Source: Sarcophilus harrisii
Lineage: Eukaryota
DNA: 64,000 bases
Direction: 5' to 3'
Assembly (NCBI GenBank): GCA_048593225.1
Contig: CM109176.1
Location: forward strand, 477,435,429 to 477,499,428
The notes beneath the pieces are model-generated. The model was not told the origin of the DNA. It saw nothing but the letters and a program-made list of their open reading frames with translations, and made no database searches. The translations under genes and the position numbers were made by a program. Below, piece after piece: positions 1-12,730 of the stretch (position 1 is its first letter; every line of letters begins with the position of its first letter).

Positions 1-629
1 TAAAAGTTTGTAGGAGAAAGTGTTTAAAAAATGAACAAAAAGGGTCCAATGCAGTGAAATATTGTTAATTAAGATAAGGGGAGATAATTAAGACAAAATA
101 AAATTACTCAACATAAAACTGGACTTCAAGATACACTAAAATGGATAATGGGCTATATTGGGTTTTGTAGCTCTAGCCACTTTCCTATTTGCCATCATAT
201 AGATTCAAGACACCTAAACATAAAAAGTACCAAAGAAAAGTCACTGAGTAAATATTAACTTAATGTTAATTAAATAGATCACTGCATCCATCTCATGCTT
301 TAGCCAAGAAATTATCTCAATAGAATTAAGAGTTAAATCAGATTTGGGAATAGAAGCAACAGAGAATCCCTTGTTCCCATATCAGTTATTGCATTAAACC
401 GCCAAAAGGAAGATTGACTACAGAAATTTAAGTGATGGGATCTTTCCTATAAATAGGGAAAACATTGTGAGGTGCTGACCCATTTCCCCATTTTGTGTTA
501 GATGCAGACAGGAGGGGATTTAAGGCATCCTTTGCTTTATCCCTCTAGGTCAGTTGTTAAGAATATCATCTATAATCTCTTTGAAGAAATAAGTTTTGTT
601 TGTGAGTTCTCTCTCCTCTTTGTTCCCTA

Positions 630-1510
630 GCATTAGAATTAATTTGCCATTAAGACAACTCTGAGATACCACTACACACCTGTCAGATTGGCTAGAATGA
701 CAGGGAAAGATAATGCGGAATGTTGGAGTGGATGTGGGAAAACAGGGACACTGATACATTGTTGGTGGAATTGTGAATACATCCAACCATTCTGGAGAAC
801 GATTTGGAACTATGTTCAAAAAGTTATCAAACTGTGCATACCCTTTGATCCAGCAGTGTTTCTACTGGGCTTATACCCCAAAGAGATACTAAAGAAGGGA
901 AAGGGACCTGTATGTGCCAAAATGTTGTGGCAGGTCTCTTTGTAGTGGCCAGAAACTGGAAACTGAGTGGATACCCATCAATTAGAGAATGGCTGAATAA
1001 ATTGTGGTATAGGAATATTATGGAATATTATTGTTCTGTAAGAAATGACCAACAGGAAGATTTCAGAAAGGCCTGGAGAGACTTACATAAACTGATGCTG
1101 AGTGAAATGAGCAGGGCCAAAAGATCATTATATACTTCAACAACAATACTATACGATGACCAGTTCTGATGGACCTGGCCATCCTTGGCAATGAGATGAA
1201 TCAAATCAGTTCTGATGGAGCAGTAATAAACTCAACCAGCTACACCCAGCGAAAGAACTCTGGGAGATGACTCAGAACCATTACATTGAATTCCCAATCC
1301 CTATATTTTTGCCTGCCTACATTTTGGATTTCCTTCACAGGCTAATTGTACAATATTTCAGAGTCTGATTCTTTTTGTACAGCAAAATAACAGAATATAG
1401 AATAAGAAGAGAATAAGAGGGGAAAAATTGGAACAAGAGGTTTGGCAATTGTCGATGCTGTAAAATTACCCATATGTATAACTTGTAAATAAAAAACTAT
1501 TAAAAAAAAG
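630..1510 (+). mobile_element. L1 (LINE-1) 3' portion: ORF2 C-terminal Cys-rich region plus 3' UTR.
   Basis: The translations '[33 protein letters not shown]' and '...EWLNKLWYRNIMEYYCSVRNDQQEDFRKAWRDLHKLMLSEMSRAKRSLYT' are typical of L1 ORF2. It has an A-rich tail. Confidence 0.9.
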
Positions 1511-1699
1511 AATTAATTTGCCAAAGAATTACTCTTTTGGAGAACTATCTACCACCAAAAGAAGGAATCAAAATGATTAGAAGAAAATGATCAACCTACT
1601 TTATTTTGAAAATCTTATTGAGAAAAAGAACTAATGAATGGGCACTCTGAAGGAATTCAAAGATAAATGAAATTAGCCAAAATATTATGACAAAATTAA

Positions 1700-2560
1700 G
1701 AACTGAATATATCTAAGAAGTCTCAGGTTAAGCTGTTGATCAGATTCAACAGTTGGAAATGCTCTAAATCATTACTGATTAGAGAAATGCAAATGAAAAT
1801 AACTCTAAGATGACACCACTTCACACTTCTTAGACTGACTGAGATGTAAGGAAAAGATAATAAATGTTGGAGGGGATGTGGGAAAACTTGAACACTGATG
1901 TATTGTTGATGGAATTGTGAACTGATCCAACCATTCTGGAGAGCAATTTGGAACTATGTCCAAAGAGCTATCAAACTGTGCATATCCTTTGATCCAGCAG
2001 TGTCTCTTTTGGGGTTGTATCCCAAAGAAATCATATAAAAAAGAGAGAAAGGATTCATATGTGCAAAGCCCTTTTTGTAGTGGCAAAGAACTGGAAAGTT
2101 GCCCATCAGTTGTAGAGTGGCTGAACAAGTTATAGTACATGAATGTAATGGAATATTATTGTTCCATAAGAAATGATGAACAAGCTGATTTTAGGAAAAA
2201 ACTGGACTCTCATGAATTGATGCTAAATGAAGTGAACAGAACCAAGAGAACTTTATAAATAGCAACAATATGACCAACTGTGATGGACTTGGCTTTTTTT
2301 TTTTTTTTAAACAATTAAGTGTTTTGAGGCAATTTCAAAGTGATGGGAAAAGCCGTCCACATCCAGAGGAAAAACCAAGGGAACTGAATGTAGATCAAAG
2401 CATAATATTTTCACCTTTTTGTTGTTGTTTGCTTGTTTTTTTTCTCATTTTTCCCCCTTTTTCTCTGATTTTTCTTGCAAATGACAAATATGGAAATATG
2501 GGGGGTTGCATTTAGTATACTTATTTTTTTAATACACATTACTTTATGAATATGTTAGGA
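1700..2560 (+). mobile_element. Older L1 3' fragment (ORF2 C-term and 3' UTR).
   Basis: It carries the same 'CWRGCG...TLIHCWW...IQPFW' signature, degraded. Its 3'UTR-like segment is similar to the other copies. Confidence 0.8.
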
Positions 2561-2999
2561 GATAAAAATCAGGACAAAAGGGAAAAACCATGGAGAGATT
2601 AAAAAAAACACAGAAGAAAGAAGTGAACATAGTAAGTACTGATTTACATTCAGTCTCCTTATTTCTTTTTCTGTATGCAGATGGCATTTTCTGTTCAAAG
2701 TCTATTGAGATTGCTTTGGATTACTGAATCACTGAGAAGAATCAAGTCTTTCATAGCTTATCATTGCACATTCTTGCTGTTATTGTGTACAATGTATTCT
2801 TGGTTCTGCTTGTTTTGTTCAGCATAAGTTCATGTAACTCTTTCCAGGCCTTTCTAAAATCAGCTTATTCATCTTTTTTTTTTTTATAGAACAATAATAT
2901 TTCATTATCTTCATATACCACAACTTGTTCTGTCATTCCCCAATTGATGGGCATCTACTCATTTTCCAATTCTTTGTTACTACAAAAAAAGCTGCTACA

Positions 3000-3200
3000 A
3001 ACATTTTTGCACATGTGGGTCCTTTTCCCTCTGGAAATATGTTTAGAATAATTATACATGTTTAACCTATATTGAATTGCTTGCTGTCTAGGGGAGGAGG
3101 GAAGGAGAAACATTTGTAAAACAAGGTTTTGCAAAAGTGAATGTTAAAAACTATCTTTGCATGTATTTGGAAAAAACAAAAAACTATTTAAATCATTGGA
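3000..3200 (+). repeat. L1 3'UTR-like fragment.
   Basis: It contains 'ggaggagggaaggagaaacatttgtaaaacaaggttttgcaaaagtgaatgttaaaaactat', which matches the 3' ends of other L1 copies in the window. Confidence 0.65.
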
Positions 3201-4479
3201 TTCCTTGAAATCCGTGACCCCCACAAAAAATAATCCTGAAAATTATATTTTAAGAAATAAGAAATGAAAACTATGCAAATGTACTGTAAGTAAAGATAGA
3301 ATCCACAACATATTTCATGAAAGACATCCCCAAAGAAAATGTCTTAGTAATGACATAGTCAAAATCCAAAGCTCTCAAGTAAAGATAAAACACTATAAGC
3401 ATACGGAAACCACAGTCATGTTCACACAAGACCTGAAAGCTTCTACCAAAAAAGAGGAAATATTGAGTGTAATATTCCAAAAAGTAAAAGAGAATAATTT
3501 TACCCTGCAAAGCTGAATATAACACTACAAGGGGAAAAGATGGATCTTTAATGGAGCCCAATGATTTAAATAGTTTTTTTATTTTTCTAAATACATGCAA
3601 AGATAGTTTTTAATCCTATTTTTATATTGTTTCTCCAATTAGGACTTGAATTCCTACAGAGTAGGCTTTGCTTTTTGTGGTGGTTGTTGTCATTTATCTT
3701 TTTTTGTATTTCCTACATTTAGTACAGTTTCTGACACATAGTAGGCACTTGATAGCTCTTGATGAGAGAAATGATTATTTCTCTCTCATATTTCCTTCTA
3801 ATTATTGAATCAGGAGCAAATATTTTCCTCTTTTCTACTTCCTCATCCAGAAATCAACCAGGATGGGAAATCTCTTTCAAAATCTTAACCAGACTCAAGA
3901 TTTGAAACAAAATCAATAAAAGAAATTCTAATTTTAGGCTAATGAATGGATCCTGCTCATGCTATTTACTCAGATCTGGGAAAATGTGAATTTTGTCAAA
4001 CAGGTGATAGGGAAATTGATATCTCTTTAACCAAGACTGTATGATCCAAGCCACATACCCCAGAGACCTTTATTTTAATATAATCTACCTTCCATTAAAT
4101 TTTCATTCTCATTATCTATTGAATTGTTGACCAATCCAAGTTGATTTTCACCTTTAGATGCATCCTTTTATTGTTTTCTACATGTTTTCAATAAAACTGA
4201 TTTATCCATAAATTCTGTCTCTTGGGATTTTTAAAATGTCACAATGACTTGACTAGACCATCTAAAATGTACAAAGGAAGATTGAACCCACATATGCATA
4301 CATATACAATTGGGTATAGAAATGAACTCAAACTCAACAAGGGAAAAAAAATTGAGGATGAACTGGGAGGAAAAGGAAGAAGGAAAACACCAGAAAGGAA
4401 AAAGCTGCAAGCAAAACAAACTTCCTGTTCCTGGAAGGAAATTAAAAGGGAAAAAAAAGAAATAACTAGAATCTAAGAG

Positions 4480-4700
4480 GATACCCATCAATTAGGAAAT
4501 GGCTGAAAAAATTGTAACATATGAATATTATTGAATATTGTTGTTCTATAGGAAATGACAAAACACGATTTTAAAAAATTCTGAGTAGCACGAACTGATA
4601 GTGAAGGCAGACCAATTGATACAAGGACAACTTTATAAAGTAAAATAACTTTGAAAAATTTAGTAACTCTGGTCAATCCAATGATCAACTATGTCCAAAC
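4480..4700 (+). mobile_element. L1 ORF2 C-terminal fragment.
   Basis: It contains 'ggatacccatcaattaggaaatggctgaaaaaattgtaacatatgaatattattgaatattgttgttctatagg', the 'EWL.KLWYMN..EYY' motif. Confidence 0.7.
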
Positions 4701-6559
4701 AGCCTATGATGAGGCATGTTACCAATGCATTAATGGACACAAAAAAGTATGTTTAAATTTTTTTTCTTTGTTGTTATTTAGTTCTACCCTGTGAATTTAA
4801 AAGTTTTATTAAAACATTAATTTTATTTTTTCATCTGTGTATTGTTTTTTTTTATTGTTGTTGAGAGTTGTGGATTTTTTTCAGCTTCCTCCGTAAAATG
4901 GGAGTAATAATACTTGTAGTTCTTACTATGTCATAACTCAATAACTCACTGTCACTGAAAGACAAATTAAATCAAGTGAAAGTACTAAAAAATACTGAAG
5001 GCTTAGACTATTTCAAATATAAAGTTTATTATTTTAATTGAATTTGTGTACATAGAACGAAAAGTTTTAATTTTATGGTTCTTATTTCTAAATACAATAT
5101 ATTCAATATTCCTTTCCTAACCAGAAAACAATGATTTCCTTTAGATGAATTTAGTGACAACATGAAATGTTTACTTACAATTAAGCATTTAAGCATTCAA
5201 AACAAAGAATTAATCACATCAAAATATCAAAGTAAGTTAAATTTCTATATCACAATTATTTCTTTTTTATTGCCAACAGAAAACATTTGCTTATTATGAA
5301 ATATCTTGTTTTATCTAATTTTCAAATGCTTGGCTTATATACTTAATATAATCATAACTTAAATCATATTTTAGTCGGTTTCTATTCAATGTAAGTACTT
5401 TACAAACCCAAACATGAAAAATCAAATACAATTTGACAAACTTTAGCCTTGATTATAATTAAATACTTTGTGAAGAGGAGATCTGGTACTTATTGGTTGA
5501 ATTCCCAACAGCTGTTTGGTGGCAGAATCCCAGTCTTTACCCAATTCAAGCCTAGAGCAAAGAGATGGATATTGTGCTTCTGTTCTTCTTACCCATTCCA
5601 CTGCTTTCTTTACTGAAGCAAAACTCCAGGCCCAGGCACAAGGTCTAAGAAAAAATGGAATTGTTAAACCTCAAAATATGGCTATATAAGAAACCAAGCT
5701 TGTGATTTAAGCATTTTATATTAAAAGAAATTTTATCATAAATGAAAAAATTGAGAGTACTATTTTTGCAACTAACAACAACTGAAACAAACAAGTAAAT
5801 TGTTTTTCCTGTCCTCCAAATCCTTTCATAGTAACAATATACTTATACATTTAATCCTTGTCTCTGGCATAACTCTTATTCTCACATCTGTCTAATTGCT
5901 TAGAACAAATTTCCAGGGTCTTTCCATTTCCCCATACCCTGCCATCATTCAAGGTCATATTTAAATAACAACTTTTCTGTTAATTCTTCACAGACTGTTC
6001 TAGCCCATATTGACCTTTTCCTTTAATTCATATTGCACTTATAACCAGTATAACAAGCTAGCACTTAATTAAAGATGGTTTATTAGAGAAAAAATAGAGC
6101 TCTGTGAAGAATACCAAGGATTTCCTTCAAGAGTAGATTTTGAAAGTTTGCTTTGTTTTGGGCAAGGCTTAGGGCTCATGAGTAATTTAAGAATGTTAAA
6201 CTTTTCTATTCTTTCTTTTTTTCTATCTATCTATATTGCAATGCTTTATACTTTGCAGCCTACATAAAGTTCTAATTACTACCTCATTATGGTATAGAAT
6301 TGAGCCCAAGAGTCTTGAAATCTAAACAAAGCTGATTTTACCATATATGGTCCAAGAACAGACAACATCTACTCTAAGGACTAACCTAATTATGGAGAGA
6401 TTTATCATCTCTTAGAGGATGGCCATATAATGACCACATTCTCTGGCAACCCATGAAATAGAAACATTTAAAAACTTTAATGCATCTTTTATTTCATTGA
6501 TAAAATATTCCCTCCAAGATTCCTGCTACAACAGAGAACTGATAGCCAAATTAAGTCAG

Positions 6560-7480
6560 GAGTTATAAGAAAGCACCTAGCTGCCTTTGATGAAATCACG
6601 TCACCTAGCTCAGATGAACTCTATCCTTGGGTCTTAAAAGAACTAGCAGATGCAATTGCTGAGCTACTGTTGGAATATTTGAAAAAACACAGAAATCAGG
6701 AGAGGTACCACAAAATTAGAAAAGGGAAAATATCTTGATTTTCAAAAAAGGGAAGCCAATAGAGTCTACAAACTCTGGGCCAGCAAGTTTGACATCTATT
6801 CCTTAAAAAATTCTAAAATGGATTCTACAAGAAATTGTTGGTGAACATTTAGAAGGAAACTTAACAGTCATACCAGACTGATCTCATTTCCTTTCCTGAT
6901 GGACTATTGTAGTAGATGAGGGAAGATTCCATGGACATAGTTTATTAGATTTTAACACCACCTTTCTTTCCCCTGACGCAACTGGGGTTAAGTGACTTGC
7001 CCAGGGTCACAAAGCCAGGAAGTGTTAAGTGTCTGAGATCAGATTTGAACACAAGTCACCCCTACTCCGGGGCTGGTGCTCTATCCACTGCGCCACCTAC
7101 CTGCCGCTAGCACCACTTTTGATAAAAAGAATCTCATACTGTTTTTGTAGAGAAGATGGGACTTAACAATAATTCGATCAGAAAGATTAAAAAACTTTTC
7201 CCATGGTCTGAGCCCAAGAATAGTTATTAGTGGTTGGTAATGGAATACCCTGCTGTATTTGGCTTATGCTGTTTAACATTTCTATCAAGATGACTCAAAG
7301 TTTGGTGGAATAGCTACCACAGTAGATAATAATAACCAGTGTGTAGGGCTAGAGTATTGGACTGAATCTATCTGATGATGAAATTCAAAAGGGATAAACA
7401 TAAAGTTTTGCTCTTGAGAACAAAAATTATTTCCACAAATATAAATTGTAGAAGGCATAGTTCTACATAGCAAGAATAAT
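6560..7480 (+). mobile_element. L2/CR1-type LINE reverse-transcriptase fragment, interrupted by a SINE at about 6960–7100.
   Basis: The plus-strand translation gives 'SDELYPWVLKELADAIAELL...' and later '...FGGIATTVDNNNQ...KFCS..QKLFPQI', matching L2 RT motifs (vP.dWk.Anv.PIfKkG ... FADDTkl). Confidence 0.6.
6960..7100 (-). mobile_element. Marsupial tRNA-derived SINE (SINE1-type).
   Basis: It ends '...ggggctggtgctctatccactgcgccacctacctgccgc', the reverse complement of the SINE head 'GGCAGGTAGGTGGCGCAGTGGATAGAGCACCAGCCCC'. Confidence 0.85.
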
Positions 7481-7499
7481 AATTACAGAGCATTTCCTT

Positions 7500-7745
7500 T
7501 CCCTGCCCCCACACCTGGATCATTGTTGTTTGTTGTTCAATTATGTCCAATTCTTTGTGACCCCATTTGAGGTTTTCTTGGAAAAGATAGCTTCTATTAA
7601 AGATAAGAAAACTTGAGGCAAAATTAAGTGATTTGCTCAGAATCATACAGCTAGTAAGTGTTTAAGGCCATATTTGAATTCAGCAGCTTGAATCAGAAAT
7701 ATTCTGCACTCTATCCACTGAGCCATTTAGCTGCTTCAACCTGGA
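7500..7745 (-). mobile_element. Marsupial SINE, a long variant with a tRNA-like head.
   Basis: It contains '...ttgttcaattatgtccaattctttgtgaccccatttgaggttttcttgg...ctctatccactgagccatttagctgcttc'. Confidence 0.75.
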
Positions 7746-7871
7746 TCATTCTCTCCCACAAATGAACACAGAGTCCAGAGATAGAGAGGTGCCTTATAAT
7801 ATTAAGGGACATGTGATGTGATCAAGACAACTCAGAACTCAGGAGGAACCTGATGCTTTTTCTCTCTCCTA

Positions 7872-8037
7872 GCCTCATGAAGGTCATTGAACAGTATAGT
7901 ATGAGTGGGGAAGAAGCTGGATGGGATCCATCTAGGACACAGAACTTCAGCGGGATAGCAATCTCCATGGGGCTTGCTCCTCTAGCAAGCTGCATCTCTG
8001 CTGGAAAAGTCAATGCGCTAAACTCCCTGACTTACAG
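7872..8037 (+). other. Plus-strand open frame with canonical splice-like boundaries (PSLMKVIEQYSMSGEEAGWDPSRTQNFSGIAISMGLAPLASCISAGKVNALNSLTYR). It may be a cryptic or antisense exon, or part of an unclassified repeat.
   Basis: The acceptor is 'ctttttctctctcctag|CC' and the donor is 'TTACAG|gtagct'. ORFs overlap on both strands. No homology is recognised. Confidence 0.2.
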
Positions 8038-9875
8038 GTAGCTCTCATTTCTACCACTCAGGTTTGCCTGAGTGCCACTGTCTGAGATCCTCAACTGAAA
8101 ACTGACTGAAGCCTTTCTGGTTCTGCTACTTTTGGGTCTCAGCTCCTCACTTTGCTTTCATTTCCCACCAGGCAGGAGAGAAGGGAAAGCTTCTCTTATT
8201 CTTCTTGTTTCAGAGCTCAGTTTCTTTGGTGAAAGACTTTGCCATACCTAAAGGTAATCTGCACATTATATTCCCCAGACTTCTGGATCTATGCAAATGA
8301 ATGGCAGGTAATGATTTCCCAGGTTTTTTTGGTCCTGGGTTCATTGCCAATTCCAGGCTTTTCACATACCATCTCTGGTTTCGCCAAAAGTGTAGAATGT
8401 TTTATTTGCACTTGAAAAGGGCCCCAATCATTTATTTCACCATCTCTATCTTTGCCATGTAAGACTTTAAATTTAGCTGAAATCTAAAAAATAATGATTT
8501 ATGTTTTGTAATATTTTGGACATAGCCCTACAGCATAGGACATAGGAATTTACCTCTATATAATTTTAGAAGAATAGCTAATTCTATATTGCTTTAATAT
8601 TGCTTTTGCAAAGTATTTTACAGACATCATCACATTTGATTCTCATCACAATCCTATGAAAGGTTACATGACTTATGTTCCTAAAGCATACTGAGTATCA
8701 GAGATGGAATTTTAACACAGATCTCTGCTTACCATGCTACTTTCAAAGTCAAGTAATAACATAAGACTATAAGAAAAATGTTTCACCTACTTAAGAAGAA
8801 AAGCTGACTCCAAGGATCATATAAGTACTCACTTACATAGTATATGCAATAGGGCAAGAGGATGTGCCAATTCCCCATCATTTATTCAAATACATTTCCA
8901 AAAGATCTCTACTTGCCAATATTTATTGACCTAATCGTTCTTACTACATCTGCTGCATGTCCTTGAAAGCAATACACTTGATTATTTTAAAAATATTACA
9001 TAATTCAGATTGGCTTTTCTTCAATCATTTTTTTTTTTAATTGAGCATCTTATTCATTTAGAGAGGTTAAAAAGGATGTGAACTAAAAAAAAAAGGTTAC
9101 TGGATTTACCAATTAGGAAGTCAATAGTACCTTTTGACAAAGCAATTTCTGCAGAGTGGTGATAACAGAAATCACATTATAAGGAGGTTGAGGAATGAAT
9201 AGGATGTAAGGAAGTAAATACATCAAATGAAGGCAACTCAAAAAGTTTCAGCATGACAGCAGGAAGGGAGAAAGGAGGATGTTTGGGGGAGGGTGTGCAA
9301 GTTTTTTTTTTGTTTTTGTTTTAAAGATTGTGATTAGTACTTACTAAATTCTATGAGGTAGACAGAAGCAGCTTGTGAGTCTTATTTTAATAACATCTTA
9401 TGACTAGAGGTTGAAAAATAGTAACATTTAGAGGGGCTAGAAGTAGAAAGATGGAGATACAACCATTTGTTGAAAAACCTGTGTAGTGGACAAACTGTAG
9501 TATCACAGATTTAGGGATCATCTTGTTCAGAAGTGTCAGGAAAATGAAAGAAAAGGGACAAATGTATCTTGGTCAGCAGTGTATTGCTTCTCCCAGTCAT
9601 CAATCTGGTGACTAACCATAGTAATATATATCTTTGGGAGGCAAGATTTGAAATCCCTGTCTATCAGATATCTTTATGTGCTTAGAATTGTAGAAAGGCT
9701 TCTGAAAGCTTCAAGTAATTAATGTTTAAATATAAAATAGAGTTGCTTCTTGAGAGTAGGGATTGTTTCATTCTTAGTATTTCTGTTTCTAGCATCTAGC
9801 AGGGTTCCTGGCTCATAGCAGGCATTTAATAAATGCCTGTTGGTTAATTGATTACTCCATTACTCTAAAGCATAC

Positions 9876-10008
9876 CTGTAATCAGCTGAGTCATCTAGTT
9901 TCAACAGTGACTTGACTGTGATCCCTTCTAGCTCCAACTTGATTCGAATGAGCTGTAGCACTAAAAATGTGGCAATCAGCTGTAATACATCTTCTTTTCC
10001 TTTGGAAC
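9876..10008 (-). CDS. Candidate downstream coding exon translating (G)SKGKEDVLQLIATFLVLQLIRIKLELEGITVKSLLKLDDSADY, phase 1 to 2.
   Basis: The acceptor is 'gaatacttttag|GT' and the donor is 'GATTACAG|gtatgc'. It is open only in the frame required by the phase-1 end of the previous exon. It resembles VWA5A 'WATILAVIWL...EWELLERKAVAWM'. Confidence 0.4.
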
Positions 10009-10649
10009 CTAAAAGTATTCACAGTTATTACCAATTGAGAACATTAATGCCACTAAAAATGTGAAGACATAACAGTGGATCATGAGACAATATGCAGAAC
10101 AATACTCTGAAGAAACAATTTTCTGCAGAATACAGTTAATTTAATGTCTTTAATAACATATGCAAAAGTGATACTATGTTATATTACCACAAAGGCAGCT
10201 AAGCTCGGGTTATTTGGCCACATTTAAACATTGATTATAGACCTGCTGATGGGCTTTTTGTTGGTTGTAGACAATCTAGTTAAGTTCAGAGATTCTCAAT
10301 GTTCAAAAGGTGGCTGCAGTTGATGGTGGGTTTTTTGGCCATAGTAACTCAACAAAACTGAATATTAAGGAGGAATGATTTCAATCTCCTTTTGTATAAG
10401 ACTACCAAAACAATTAAATCATAGATCATTAAAAGTAAGTTCTAGAAATACCTGAGATCATATACATACGTATGGTGGTGAAGGGGCACTGAGTAATCAT
10501 TCTTTCTGCTAATGAAGAAAGTTTTATTCAAACACCTAGGCTTGATCTCAAGATTACATGTTCAAAGGTGCTTTTTAAAAAAATTGTAATGTTTTAATTT
10601 TTCAACTTTTATTTTAAGCAAGAATGTCATGATATGTGTTAATTACTTT

Positions 10650-10850
10650 AGCAGTCTACCCACTCAGTTTTTAAAAATTTTTATTAAAGCTTTTTATTTT
10701 CAAATCATATACATGGATAATTTTTCAACAATGATCCTTGCAAAACCTTGTGTTCTCTTCCCCCTACCCCTTCCCCTAGATGGCAAGTAATCAAATATAT
10801 GTTAAACATGTTAAAAATATGTTAAATCCAATATATATATACATATTTAT
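10650..10850 (-). repeat. L1 3'-end fragment.
   Basis: It is the reverse complement of an L1 3'UTR: 'catggataatttttcaacaatgatccttgcaaaacc...cccctagatggcaagtaatcaaatatatgttaaacatg'. Confidence 0.7.
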
Positions 10851-11219
10851 ACAGTTACCATGCTGCACAAGAAAAGTCAGATCAAAAAGGAAAAAAATAA
10901 GAAAGAAAACAAAATGCATCAAAGTGCTTCTTAAATTTTTTGTAGTTTAAAGTTAAATATTCATTTTATATCAAAACAAGATTTACTTATAGTAGAGACT
11001 TTACTTATAGTAAAATCTTAAAAAATTGTTTTCTAAAATGCCTACTTTGTTAACAGTTTTTTCACTTTATCTTTCTTGCTTTTTTGTAACATGTTTAATC
11101 TAGAAATATGTTACACATGATTTTATTTGTGTAATTAAGATATTGCTTGCCTTTTCAATGGGTGGGGGAGGAGCCAGGAGACAATTCAGAGTTCAAAAAA
11201 AACCAAACATTTTTTTTGA

Positions 11220-11830
11220 GGGAGAACTAGAAATTAAGTGGATGCCCATCAATTGGGGAATGGTTGAATAAGTTATGATATATGAACATAACATTCATAT
11301 TATGGAATATTATTGTTCTATTACAAACTATCAGCAGGATGATTTCAGAGACTTGGAGAGCTTACATGAACTGATGCTACATGATGTGAATAGAACTAAG
11401 AGAATACTGTAGACAGTAACAAGATTATGTGATGATCAACTGTGATGGACATGGCTCTTTTCAACAATGAGGTAATTCAGTCCAATTCCAATAGGCTTGT
11501 GATGGAAAGAGCCATCTGCACCCAGAGAGGATTGTGGGAACTGAAATGTGAATCACACCACAGTAGTTTCACCTTTTTTATTGTTGTTAGCTTGCTTTTT
11601 CTTTCTCATTTTTTTCATTTTTGATCTGATTTTTCTTATACAGCATGATAAATGTAGAATTATGTATAGAAGGATTGCACATGTTTTAATATATATTGGA
11701 TTACTTTTCCAATGGAGGAAGATTGGGAGAAGGGAGGGAGAAAAATTTGGAATAAAATGTTTTGCAAGGGTGAATGTTGAAAACTATTTTTGCATCTATT
11801 TTGAAAATAAAAAGCTATTAAAATAATAAT
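11220..11830 (+). mobile_element. L1 3' end (ORF2 C-terminal fragment plus 3'UTR).
   Basis: It contains 'ggatgcccatcaattggggaatggttgaataagttatgatatatgaaca...ggttttgcaagggtgaatgttgaaaactatttttgcatc...aataaaaagctattaaaa'. Confidence 0.85.
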
Positions 11831-12289
11831 TTTAACAACTGTAATATTAATAATAAAAAAATAAAATACCTACTTCTCCAAAATAGTATTCAAAGTCGTG
11901 ATTAGTATCTTTTATAAAACAAACTACTATTAGAGCTACTTTGATCTGATTATGCAAAAAAATTCTAAAAGCATAAAGGCTCTTTCATTTCTTCCAAACT
12001 CTATACAGCAATCTTGTTATATAGAAATGGACAGAGCTTTTCTAATGATTATGTTTTTTAATTCCCTAACCAGATGCTTCCATAGGATCAATGAAAAGGA
12101 AGAATAAAGAGTTCATAGTTTAAAATGTCAGCTCAGGATGGAAATGATGGAGAGAAGGATTAAGTATTATTTCTCTACTGTTTACTTTAGAGAGAGACTG
12201 ACTAGCTAGGAGAGTCTAAAATTACTGTTCCTTCTACGATGCAGTTAAATGGCCTCCCTGTAGTTCTACAGATACAACATTCTAATCTT

Positions 12290-12730
12290 CTGTCTCTGCC
12301 TCTGCCCAACCTGTCCCTTGTGCCAAAAAAATGCACCACTTAGTAGAATTTGTAATTTTCTTTAAAGCTCAGACCCTTCCTTATTTCTCCCCTGGTCACT
12401 ATTAATTACCTTATTTTTATATACTAATATATGTACATATTGCCTCCTTCAATGAAATATGAATTCCATGAAGACAGAGACCATTTCCCCTTTATATTTT
12501 CAGTGCTTAGTCCAGTGTACTCAAGCGTCCCTCATTCCTCCAACTGCTAGTGCTATTCCTCCCAAGCCATTTTATATTAATTTGTATTCTGCACATGCCT
12601 GCATGTGCATGTTATCTATCCCATTAGAATATGTACTCCTTGAGAGTATGGATTGTTTATTGCCCTTGTACTCTTGGTGCCTAGAACAGAGCCTGCCACA
12701 CAGTAGCTACTTAATAAATGTAAGTTATTG
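12290..12730 (+). mobile_element. Mar1/MIR3-type marsupial SINE.
   Basis: It contains '...gaatatgtactccttgagagtatggattgtttattgcc...cagagcctgccacacagtagctacttaataaatg', characteristic of the MIR/Mar1 core and tail. Confidence 0.75.

Noticed and set aside
1805-2140. Minus-strand 111-aa ORF. Similar minus-strand ORFs lie at 550..819, 57516..57704, 56909..57091, 58109..58324 and 45991..46236.
   Set aside because: All of them lie antisense to L1 ORF2 sequence. The sense (plus) strand carries the recognisable L1 motifs, so these are chance antisense frames.
6960-7100. tRNA-like sequences ('GGTGGCGCAGTGGATAGAGC...') at many sites.
   Set aside because: They are the tRNA-derived heads of SINE copies with MIR-like bodies and A-rich tails. 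No intact cloverleaf or tRNA gene is present.
9440-9565. A minus-strand 48-codon ORF ('MIPKSVILQFVHYTGFSTNGCISIFLLLAPLNVTIFQPLVIRCY*') considered as a possible terminal exon.
   Set aside because: No acceptor gives the phase-2 entry required after the 9876–10008 exon, and there is no homology.
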